DNA of 64,000 bases from Guillardia theta CCMP2712 (Eukaryota > Protista > Cryptophyta), in NCBI RefSeq assembly GCF_000315625.1, contig NW_005434634.1, forward strand, positions 86,531 through 150,530. Direction: 5' to 3'. The notes under the pieces are model-generated. The model was not told the DNA's origin, ran no database searches, and saw nothing but the letters and a program-made list of their open reading frames with translations. Shown here piece after piece: positions 53,528 through 64,000 of the stretch; positions within the stretch are counted from its first letter, which is position 1, and the number at the start of each line of letters is the position of its first letter. The translations under genes were made by a program, and so were the position numbers.

Positions 53528-53749
53528 TGAGCCTTTCAAAACAAGCTTCTCTTGGGCTAGACACGTATTGAGAAGATGAATGTTTCTGCGGATAATTTGT
53601 ATATGTGACAGTAAGTCATGAGTATGCTCTAGTCCTTGAGTTAGTGTTCCACCACTCGCAGCTGATGGATCGACTTCTCCAGACTATCTAATGATAACAA
53701 CGTCGCACGACGCCAAGCCCAGATGGAAATCAAGGCGTGGCAATAGCTA

Positions 53750-56151
53750 ACTATCTGCTTCCCGCTCGCAAAAGGAAAACAAAGGTTTTAATGTATTAAT
53801 GTAGAGTGAAACAGGCCTACTGCCGATGGTCTTGAAATGTGAATAACTAAGGAAAATTTTGAGAATGAGCGACACCATTTCCTCCTTGCCAGTCGTTGGT
53901 AGCGAAGTCAGTGAGAGGCTCTCCTGTCGAACCTTTCAGAAATCTTTTTCACGGAATAGCGATGAGGAACCTGAGTATGGCAAAAGATTTCCAACGCTGT
54001 GACTTGCAAGCTCGTCCTTCACCTTCAAACGAACTCAGCAAACAAGCAGAGCGCAAGATCCCTGACCTTATCATAATCCACCGACGAGTCAGTCACGAGG
54101 TTCCAGTTGTCCTCCACCTGCGAAGAAGTTGAGTGAACGCAGCAGAGGCACCAACAGCAACAACTTACAGGAACCTTGAACCTCTGGCGAATGGAAGAGG
54201 TGCCCTGGCCGGCGGTTCCAAAAACGATCTGTTCATTCTTTGGGTCGGTCTCCTTCATATGTGAGAAGCTATTCTCGTGCTTCTTCGCATAGCTTGGATT
54301 GGTCTGCTCCTGGTACTCCTCCGAAGGAACAAAATCATCTCCTTTCAGGTCTTTGTTCACAAACGAAAGCTCCCAACTAACGAAACTTACTCAGCAATCA
54401 CCAAAACCCTGAAACGAATCTTACGGGATTTCGTCATGATTGAAGTACTTTCCCTTCACTCTCTTGTCTTTGGGATCCTAACCAAAATCAGGAATCAATG
54501 ACAAAGACTGTCCTTGTACCTCCAGTCCAGTTCGAGCATCTTGCCCTTCACCCCAAACAAGCCGTTTGTTCGCATCGGAATCCGGGTCCCAATCGGCAAA
54601 CTGATGCTGCCATCTAGACAAACGTCACCAATGTCACAAGCTCCGAGTCCAATTCTTTACCCCCATTGCGGATCCTTGACATCTTTCCAGGTTTGATGAC
54701 TGCCATGAGTCATTTTTCCCTCTTTCAAAAGCTACAAAACCAAAGTGTTCAGAGGGAAGCAAATAGCTTTTCTAAGGATCAACCTTTCCAGTGTCAGTGC
54801 TGAACGAATGCACCTTCTTATCTAGTTCTCCAAGATCGCCACTGCGATACTCTGAAGGATTTTCCAGGTGCTTTGCCTCCGGCGAGTACTTGTCCCAATG
54901 CTGTCCAGCGGAATAATACCATGGATCCTGGGCGATTCAAAGTGAACATCCTAGATAACAAGGGCGACAACTTGATACCAACTCCTCGGGATTTTCAATT
55001 GTCAAGCCCACGGGATCGTTCCAGGGATGAAACTCGGCCACCTGAAACAGAAGCATTAATGCCTATTGGCTCCTTTTCTATTGAACGACCTTGCCATCCT
55101 TGAAGACGGTACGATTCTCAAACTCGTCCTTGCCAAACATTTCTGGAGCAAAGAGATTGGCCTCCTGATTAGTTCCGTGAGAGACATACTCAAATCGGCA
55201 GAGAAATGACCGTCATGTCTCCAACTTTGCGATCCAAGGGCTCGAGTTTGTAGGTATCTGGATGCACTGCGGCCTGTACATAGGTCAGCAATCTCTTTCA
55301 AATATTCAAGAATGGTTCGACACCGAGACATTGGAGAATCTGTTCAAGTTCTCGTTATGGTTCGCCATGGTGTCAGGCAACCTTTTCAGTCCGGTAAACT
55401 TGCTGAGCTCCCTGCAACACTATGCAATGAGCACGAGAAAGCATCAAAAGGGGAGCATGACCTGTCAATGAGTGACTTAAGAAACTGCTTTTGCTGGGCA
55501 TTGAATCCGGAAGATCGCTTCGATTTCGGTGTCTGTGCAGTGGAGGTTTTTCTCTTGTCTGCAAAGACATCTTGAATGACGTTGTCGATGGCAGCCGTCA
55601 TCTGCTTCATCTTGGGATTCTTGGCTGCCTTCTTAGCAAGCTTCTCGTGCCCTCGTGCATTCTTCGAAACACGACCTGAGCATTCAATCATCAATCACAA
55701 CCTCTCAACGATATCGCAACACACCGCATCCAGCCGCTATGGCAGCTCCGGTTTGCTCGCAACCATTACAGCAAGGGCACATCCAGCAGCTGTTCCGGCA
55801 ATGATGTAAGTCTCATGATTTCCATTCAATGACTCGCAACAACCTCTTTACATCCTTGATGGTCTCCACCAATTCCACTCTCCTGTTCTGCAACATGCAG
55901 TCAGATATCTAACATTTTTCAGGATGCTGCCCGCTCTTCCCCTCCTTCCCATCGTACTTCTCATCATTGATGATCCATATCCTCTCCTTCGTACCTGCTG
56001 CAAGACGACCACTACCAGAGCTGCTGCTGCCGCAGCTGCTAGGAGGACATGGACGGTTGATCTCCTTCTCCCCCATCCTCGCTCCCCGAGCAGTGCCGCT
56101 CGCTCCATCGCGACTCTTCGGGCCTGGCCCACATCCCACCTCAATCATCAT
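53750..56151 (-). CDS. Hypothetical multi-exon type II membrane protein
   Basis: MERAALLGE...HVLLAAAAAAALVVVVLQQ-NRRVEL. Further exons ARGHEKLAKKAAKNPKMKQMTAAIDNVIQDV, DGHFSADLSMSLTELIRRP, LPIGTRIPMRTNGLFGVKG, NKDLKGDDFVPSEEYQEQ. Both ends are uncertain. Confidence 0.55.
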
Positions 56152-56189
56152 GTAACCGAAACCAACGTTCTGTCACTGTTGTAACTGCC

Positions 56190-56400
56190 ATTTCATATAC
56201 CCCCACCCGATTCAACACCCACCCATAGAACAAGCAAACCTACCCCTCCACTCGAGGGAACCTAAGTACCCCTGTTTGTATATGACCATACCCCTAGTAT
56301 CCTGATGAAATTTCCACCCTGTCCTTGCAAACAATATACCACCCACCCCCCACTTTGGGACCCTACCCTCAATACCGCACCACCTCGCCTTGCCCACTTC
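56190..56400 (+). promoter_or_regulatory. TACCCC-rich island in the divergent promoter region directly upstream of the HECT ligase
   Basis: Repeated ataccc/taccc/cacccc motifs ending ~20 bp before the ATG at 56421. The regulatory role is inferred. Confidence 0.4.
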
Positions 56401-56420
56401 ATTTCCCTCCAAATTTCGCA

Positions 56421-59400
56421 ATGTCGATGTTCTTCGATGATCGGAAGAAGGTATGAGAGGAGGGAGGATGGGAGAGAACGTTCAGGAGCACAGGACAGCA
56501 ATGGAAAGATCGGGTGTCACTAGGAGGAGACGAGACCTGGATGACGAGAGTAGAAAATGAGACAGGAGAACTGGTACAAGTCAAGGTGAGAAAGCTGCAG
56601 GGAGGATGGAACGGAAGGAGAAGAAGTGAAGCAGGCGAGTCTCAGGGGAGAACATCGACACCATGAATATTCTATGTCAATCGTCCTAGATGTTGCTTTC
56701 ACATGATTCAAAATTCTCTTCAGGTGAGTCTGGGCGGGAAAAGCAGAAATAAGACCCAGGAAACGAAAAATGATTTTGTGGAAAGAACGAGGAAAGAACG
56801 TGAAGCCAGGGAGTCAGCACGCAAGAGGGAGAATGCTGCCATTGCCCTTCAGGTAATTCTCAAACTCCTTCTGAAACATCCCGTTACTAACCATCCCTTC
56901 AGTCATTTTTCCGAGGCAGAAAAGTTGTATGGCGGTGTAGGATGGTGGAGAGGGCGGAGTGGAATGAAGAATTCAAGCAATTTGCTGTGCAATACTCGGA
57001 AGCAATGTCTGTATCAAGTGAACTGCAGTCGAGCATGGTCAAACTTTTGCGGCGGCTCATATTTTTCTTCAACTCAGAGAATGTGGAGGTTGGTTTGCTT
57101 TGTTGTCTCATCATCTGATCATTTGAAAGGATGATAAATCATTGACCCAACTTCTGCTCTGGTTGATAACAGGAAAGTATGGATCGATCAGGTATTGACA
57201 TGTTGATTTCAATGTCATGTATCGGATAGTAAGCCGCTTCAAACAGCAATACGCACGGAGTTGAATCGATGACTTTGTTAAAAGACCCTGAGGCTTCACA
57301 GCGCAATCATAGGGTCTTCAAGCTATCTCGTCTGAGCTACAAGAGGTTGGAAAAGTCGATGCAATTGCCTCCATGTGACAACCAAGCGCTGGACGTTTCT
57401 TTCTTAATGTCTCTTTGCGACAAACACCAATTGTGGGGTAACGAATATTCGGGCGCTGGTTTGAGCCTGTTTCTCATGAGGAATGGGCTTATGACATTGA
57501 TCGGACAGTACTTGATGCGTACTAATTCTGGAGCAGACCAAAATTCGTTGAGCACGCTGCAGGTCCTGCTGTGTAATCTTTGTAGACGCATGTTGGTTCA
57601 CGGCCAATCTGAGAAGTACATGGTCTACTCTGAGTTCTGCCGACACATTCTCACTATTCAAGAATTATTCAAGCCAGGTACGATCGCCGCTAAAGCCCGG
57701 GCAAGCCTGCTCTTCCAAGGAATGTGGGATAATGTACTGGACACATTGGCGGCGAATGAATTTGCGTTATGTAGAGAGTTTTGTGATCATCACGAACTGG
57801 AGCGATCAGCATACTTCTTGGGAAATCTTGTTGAGTTATCTGATCTTTCAATCGTCAGCGGTTCGGCTCACTCGACTGCTGTATTTGCTGAGTGTGCCAG
57901 TATGCTGCTCTCCCATGTCAAGCACTTGCAGAGCCTTCGAGGTCAATCTGACGAAGATATGTACGATGTTAATGACGAAAGTGTTGATATGGAAACGATG
58001 GAAGTTGAGGTTCAAACTGCAGCCGGGATTGCAACTGTAAAGCAGATAAGAGTGAAGGAGAAGAAGCGAAATGTTGAGATGGAGATTTCTCCTGCTTTGG
58101 CAGCCATTCAGAGGCATGTCCAAGGATTGTGCAATAAGGATTATCTTTACAAATTGTTGGACGTCATTCAGAATAGCAAAGATGCGAATTATGCTGTATC
58201 AGCAACCTGCGCATTGCTTGTACAACTGGTCGATTTCGTACCAACCTCACAAAAAGACGTCATGAATGCTCTTGCATTCAAACCTTCTGTGCTTGTAATG
58301 CTTTGGAATCGAATCAGAACCTTCACTGAAAATGACCAAAAATCGATCTCAACACACGAACGAGTCTCCAGACTACAGTATTTTAGCTTGCTTTCAATGT
58401 TTTGTATGGTGTATCATTACTTCTTGGTAACCGTGGACAACGAAGAATTTTATGTGAGACAATATCCATTTCGGCTGGATGAATTGAGAGAGATGGTTAC
58501 AAAGATCAAGATCACCTTGTATGATCTGTACTGGAAAGAAGCAGATTCAGAAACGGCTCTGAAACTTCGAGATGCTGGTTCTAAGCTTCTCTCCCGACTT
58601 TTTGAACGGAATTGCTACAAGCAGTATGCATCACCAGAATTGTGGCTGGCTACAGACCGCAATATTTCTTTCATCATCTCCGACTTGGACGCCATAAGCG
58701 CTGCTCGGATGATGGATCCTGATCATGTAGATATTTCTTTCGAGGCCAAGCATGGAGCTCTCTTGCAAGAAACACCTTTTGCTCTACCATTCCACTTGCG
58801 AGTTCGCATTTTACGATACTTGATTTCGTTGGACCGTCAAGATTATATCGACGCGCCGGCTAGTTGGCACAATGCGCAGATTCGTCGCTCTCATGTTGTT
58901 GAAGATGGATACGACAAACTGAACAACCTTGGGCATAATTTGAAGCGAACTGTTCAGATATCTTTCGTCAATCAAGAGGGGCTGCAAGAAGCAGGGATCG
59001 ACGGAGGAGGGCTCTTCAAGGAATTCGTCAACACGATTTCGTTGCAGGCATTCAACCCTTCTTATGGCCTTTTCTGCACCACAGGACAAAACCTATTGTT
59101 CCCAAACCCTCAATCTTTCAATGTAAATCCATGGGCTGGGTCGGTAGATGATTTGAGTTTGTTTGAATTCTTTGGGAGGATTGTCGGGAAGGTATGACAT
59201 TTTTTTCCGTTGGTGTTGATGATTGAAGTCTTTTCCATTCACAAAATAGGCAATTTATGATGGAATTCTGATTGAGCTCCGGCTAGCTCCTTTCTTTCTA
59301 CGAAAGATGTTGGGCAAGGAGATGTTTTTTGATGATTTGGTCAGTTTGGTGTACTCCTTGACTCCCACGATTGCTGATTGTTTGCTTCCTTTCGTCGCAG

Positions 59401-60680
59401 GAATCCCTCGACCCTGAACTGCACAAGAATCTTTTACATCTCAAGAACTACGATGGAGACTTTGAGATGTTAAGTCTGAACTTTGAAGTCGTTGAGGTGA
59501 ACAATGGCTAGACTTCATGCAATTCGATTCCTCACTCTCCCACTTATTTTTAGGATCATTTTGGACAAGCGCGGACAACTGAGCTAGTTGAAGGTGGAAG
59601 GTGGGGGGAAGAAATCTCAAATCAGCAGCTGAGAGGTGTACCAGGGATATCGCGGTCACTGCCGACAACGTTCTTCAGTACAAGAACCTGATGCTCGACT
59701 ACTGGTTGAACAAGCGAATTGCTCGCCAGAGTCTGGTACTGTGGCGAGAGAGACGTTGGAGCCAAGCTGAGTGCTTTCAGGCATTTATGAAGGGGATTTC
59801 CGACTTGATAAGACCGAAATGGATTAGAATGTTTAGTCCAGGTGGGCTAGCAGTTGAAAGAAGCCTCAGGATTGCTGACACTTTCTCAGATGAGCTTCAG
59901 ATGTTGATCTCTGGATCCGTCAGCCCGGTCGATCTAGAGGTAGCGGAGCCTCCACCTCGCTTGCCGGAGTTTGAATTTTCTCGTCAGGACCTTCGTGCAA
60001 ATTGTGTTTACGGAGGAGGATACAATGCAGAGCATGAATCGATAAAGGTGAGCATGGCTACTGAAATATGTTGCGTCAGCTGAGATGAAACCTACAAAAC
60101 CTTGAATGACCTCTTTTGTTTCTTTCCTCTGAGCCTTCTAGCAGATATTTTGGGATGTTTTGAGCACTTTCGACTCGAAGCAGGTTTGAGATATGAGAAG
60201 TCCTTTGTTCGCTGATGTTGTCCTGTTGGTCAGAGGGAAGACCTCCTCATGTTCGTCACGAGCTGCTCTCGTCCACCTCTCCTTGGCTTCAAGGAGGTTT
60301 CACTCCATCGCATGCTGACTTGAAACCCTCAGCTGACCCTCAACCCAGCTCCATCCCAGCTTCTGCATCCAGAAGACCTCTCATTCTGCCGAGGAGGCTA
60401 ACTCAAGGTGATTGGCCTGCTTTCTCATCGCATCCAGTGACGCATACAGATTGCCCACGGCCAGCACGTGCATGAACCTCCTCAAGCTGCCGGCCTATTC
60501 CGACCCCAAGGCAAGGACCACGGGCGGGGGGACTTGAGGTGGAGGAGACAAGGGAGGAAGGGAGGGAGTGAAAGCGGAGAGAGGGAGGTAAAGACTTTGA
60601 GAGTGACGAGTCGCTTGCAGGCCTGCAGGGAGCGGCTCCTGTACGCCATCAGCGCAGGCGCAGGGTTTGAATTGTCGTAA
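56421..60680 (+). CDS. HECT E3 ubiquitin ligase, UBE3C/UBE3B (HUL5/UPL6-7)-like
   Basis: MSMFFDDRKK-VSLGGKSR, IQ motif AAIALQ-SFFRGR, PFALPFHLRV, EAGIDGGGLFKEF, LLMFVTSCSRPPLLGF, LPTASTCMNLLKLPAY (catalytic Cys), LLYAISAGAGFELS*. Confidence 0.95.
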
Positions 60681-60850
60681 GGCGCCTTTGACGAGAAGGA
60701 GAGACGTGTACATAGCAGTTACTGTGATCTAGCTTGTTTGGGGAGGAAGGGAAAGGCGTTTTACACCCAGTTTACTTTGAAAACCAAAGAAACAGCAGGA
60801 AGAAAGTGATGTTCTCCACCGGCCATCCCTTCATTCATTGATACCTTGAC

Positions 60851-62451
60851 TTATTCATTCTCCTCCGGGTCAAAATCTTCAACCTTGAGAAGTCTATCAG
60901 CAGGGGAAGACAGAGGACAGCAAACTAACATCTTCTTCCTCATGCCCTTGGCTTTGCAACTTGGATTTCCCGGCGAAGTACAGCTCAGGGTCGCTCTGCC
61001 CGATATGCATAAGGTACTCAACACACAGTCCCCTCCCAGCACTGACCAGGATCAAGTCCAGCTCCTGCTTCAGTTTCTTCTTCTCGTGCTCCTTTGGTAC
61101 ATCTCGACGTCAACCTCTTCCTCATGTCATCCCCCACAACAACTTACCGCCTCCTGATGAGCCTTCGTCGAGTTCACCAGCTTCGCTTCCAGCTCTGCTT
61201 TCTCCTTCTCCAACTTCGCAATCTGCAAAAATACATGAGCAGATGTTGAGACCGTTAACGATAGAGCGCAGACCTGATCTTCACTGCGTGCAAGACGATT
61301 CTCGCACTGATCCAATCTTGCCTATTCATACATCAGTCACGTTGAGGAACGGGAGAGGAACTGAAAGCAGCAAAGTAACCTTTAATTGTTGTGTTGATTC
61401 CTCGCTGCCGCTGATAGCATTGTCTGACTGACTTCGCCTAGTAGAGTATGAGCTGTCAATCGTGAGAGCTTGAAGGCTGCTGGCATACCCTGAATTCGTC
61501 CTATTCAACTTCTTCATCTTCAGACTTCTGATGGCGTCTTGCATCTCGCCAAGAACAGAGCTTGCATCTTTAGACAGTTGTGAGAATTCCCTGCACCTGA
61601 GCGACAACCTTTGCATGGCAGATTCCTTCCACTGACAGTCAGCCGAGGGGCGTGAAGGAAGGAAAAAGGATTCTCAACAAGCTGAACAAGAGACTATACC
61701 TGCTCTGCAACAGTGTGCTTCAAGTGTTCGATCTCATCCTGAAGTATAGAGATGTTGCCGTCCTTCACTCCCCTTTTGTCATTTACATTCAGTTGCACGT
61801 TCCCCAGGTTGGTACACAGCACATGGGAAGGGAACCATCCCTTCTCGCCGCTTCGCGCCGCCACTCCCTCCCACCATCCCGTCTTGTGCTTTCGAACCAC
61901 CTCCACGATGTCACCCGGAAAGAGCGTCAGCTCGTGCGGCATCTTGGCCTCGTGTTGCAGCTTGACAGAGTAAATCCCTTTGCTATGCCTGACCTCTGCA
62001 GGGGCCGGGGAGGCCGAGGGAACAGCTTCCTCTACCTTTGCTGTTGTGATCTTCACGTTGACGTCAAGGAGCTGCTGAGGAGCTACAGAAGACTTCGGGC
62101 TTGGAGCGGCAGACAGGGGAGTATAACCAGTCGGCTGGCGGACTATGTCGCAATCAAACTCTCTGCCTTCTCTGCTTATCCTAAACCTGACGCTCGTCCC
62201 GATCTGACCAATGATGAGCGGCCTCACTTGCTCCAGCGGTTTCCCGTACTTCACCCCGACATACACTGAGTCGACGCTCCTGATCACATCGCGAACAGAA
62301 ACCTGGCCCGAACGATGCGCAGCTCCTCCTGGGACCACTTCCTCCACCTGCAAAGCAGTGAGGCATTGAAGGAGCGTTGGAGAGGACAGACCTCGATCAC
62401 TCCTGAGACCTCCCTGAGGACAAGTCCAACTCCACATTGAGGCGATGCCAT
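60851..62451 (-). CDS. PDZ + SH3 + coiled-coil adaptor protein
   Basis: CGVGLVL-VEEVVPGGAAHRSGQVSVRDVIRSVD...IIGQIGTSVRF (PDZ). HELTLFPGDIVEVVRKHKTGWWEG...GWFPS (SH3). Heptad-rich C-terminal exons such as IAKLEKEKAELEAKL. Confidence 0.85.
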
Positions 62452-62539
62452 CTGTGCGAAGCGAGACAACTCCCTCCGTCCCTCGATATTGTTTTCTCCT
62501 TCCCTTCTACTCACACTCTCCCCTCCACTCTCAAGCTGA

Positions 62540-62653
<114 letters not shown>

Positions 62654-62848
62654 TGACTGAAATCAAGGGAACACTTCAGTACCGGGCAGATTTCAAATGG
62701 AATATTCAAATTTTAGTAGGACAACGTCCAGCTCGATTCATCGTCACCAGCACAGTGGTCCCTGACGATCTCCGAGACTGACGGTGAAGATACTGATAGA
62801 GGACACGCACGTGGAGGTAAGGGGTGGGGAAAGGGGGGCGACACAAGT

Positions 62849-64000
62849 TTACTTGAGTACATCCTCCATCAGCTTGTTCAAGCTCTCGTAGATCTTGAAG
62901 ATCTTGTCCCTGTTGAGGTAGATCCCTCCGATCACACCCGAGAGGACCACGACATCCGCAGCCCTGGTCACAGCAGCCTGCCGAGATGTATCAATGCTCC
63001 CGAACAACTTCACCGCCCGACGCAAGAAGATCAAATGGACCGGGATCTTTATCTTCTCTCCGGTAGGCAAAGGATCGTCTTCGCTAGCCCACGGTGCCTT
63101 CATCGACCCCTCGTCCTTGCACGCTTCAGGTCAATCTAAACCTCATGCCACAGTCAACAACATTCTTCTGAGTGATCTCGTCGATCTGCTTTTTCCTCTC
63201 TGCCATCCTCGCCGGGTCCTGAACCACGGTCAACACAGAAAAGACAAGTTTCGGTCCTGCCTTTGTTCTTGATTCCAGCTTCTGGAACAGCTCACTCTTG
63301 GAAAGAGCCTTCATCTCCGCCTACAGCGCGTCAAGTGAGAGGAAGCAGGATCAAGCTCTGTCACTGACAGCCTCCAGCATCCTCAGGCGCTCGTTCGCAG
63401 CTTGGGCCTTCTGCTTCACGTCTCCTTTGGCGAGACCTTCAATGGTGCTGATCGACTTCTCCGCAACCTGGAATGGCCAACAATCGGAGCAAGCAACCCA
63501 ACGCACAAGCTCTCAAGCTCTCGCTTACATCCTGCACTGGGATCTTGGCTGGGGCACCACACTCCACACTGTTTGAGCGATAATCTGTCTCGCCGCACCC
63601 TCCTTCCAATCTAGAGCCCACATGTCAGAGAATCTGAATGATTCTCCTCTCCGTAAGGAATCAAAGATCACTTTGGTTGTTCACGGACGGTGACGCGATC
63701 GACAGGAATAGTTGGGTTGAAGTCAAAGGAGACCACCTTCAGACTAGGTCACAGAAGGACTGACATGTCTAACAAAACACGATGGAGACAACAAGAGGAG
63801 AAGGAAGAACAATGAAGCGAAGGAAAACCAAGAAGCGAACAACACAATGATTTGAGCTGCAATATCAGAACAGTCTATCTCTCATGCCTCATTGAGATTG
63901 TTCTCTCTCTTGATCTGCTTCTCTCGTCTCTTGTCCGAATCAGCTGCACTGAGCTTCTGATCACATGCACGATTTCAGTCAGCAGGCTGATCAATCACGA
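62849..64000 (-). CDS. Hypothetical protein, 3' portion; continues beyond the window
   Basis: Spliced exons VAEKSISTIEGLAKGDVKQKAQAANERLRMLE, AEMKALSKSELFQKLESRTK...TQKN, and terminal ...VVVLSGVIGGIYLNRDKIFKIYESLNKLMEDVLK*. Confidence 0.6.

Overview
This is a gene-dense, intron-rich eukaryotic nuclear scaffold from a draft assembly, with four N-gaps. It has many short GT-AG and some GC-AG introns, intronic microsatellites, an epsilon-tubulin and signal-peptide plus transit-like leaders. These fit a flagellated alga with a complex plastid, most like a cryptophyte such as Guillardia; this is inference from style only. Recognisable genes in order: protein disulfide isomerase (-), four-domain voltage-gated Ca2+ channel with EEEE filter (+), M16A insulinase-type peptidase (+), acyl-protein thioesterase with a MANF/SAP-like tail (+), epsilon-tubulin (-), AIFM2/FSP1-like flavoprotein (+), CHMP2/VPS2 (-), an intronless alpha/beta hydrolase (+), UBIAD1/MenA-like prenyltransferase (+), DHRS7-like SDR (-), UBE3C/UBE3B-like HECT ligase (+) and a PDZ-SH3-coiled-coil protein (-). 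Several lineage-specific hypothetical membrane or secreted proteins lie between them. There is no rRNA, tRNA, CRISPR array or intact transposon. The most interesting signals are: (i) large Cys-rich extracellular insertions in the Ca2+ channel; (ii) strand-polarised TACCCC/GGGGTA islands upstream of gene starts; (iii) a signal peptide plus LRGG leader and SAP-like tail on the thioesterase; (iv) a shared N-terminal anchor plus R..xL motif in three orphan proteins. All gene models were spliced by eye, so the ends are approximate.
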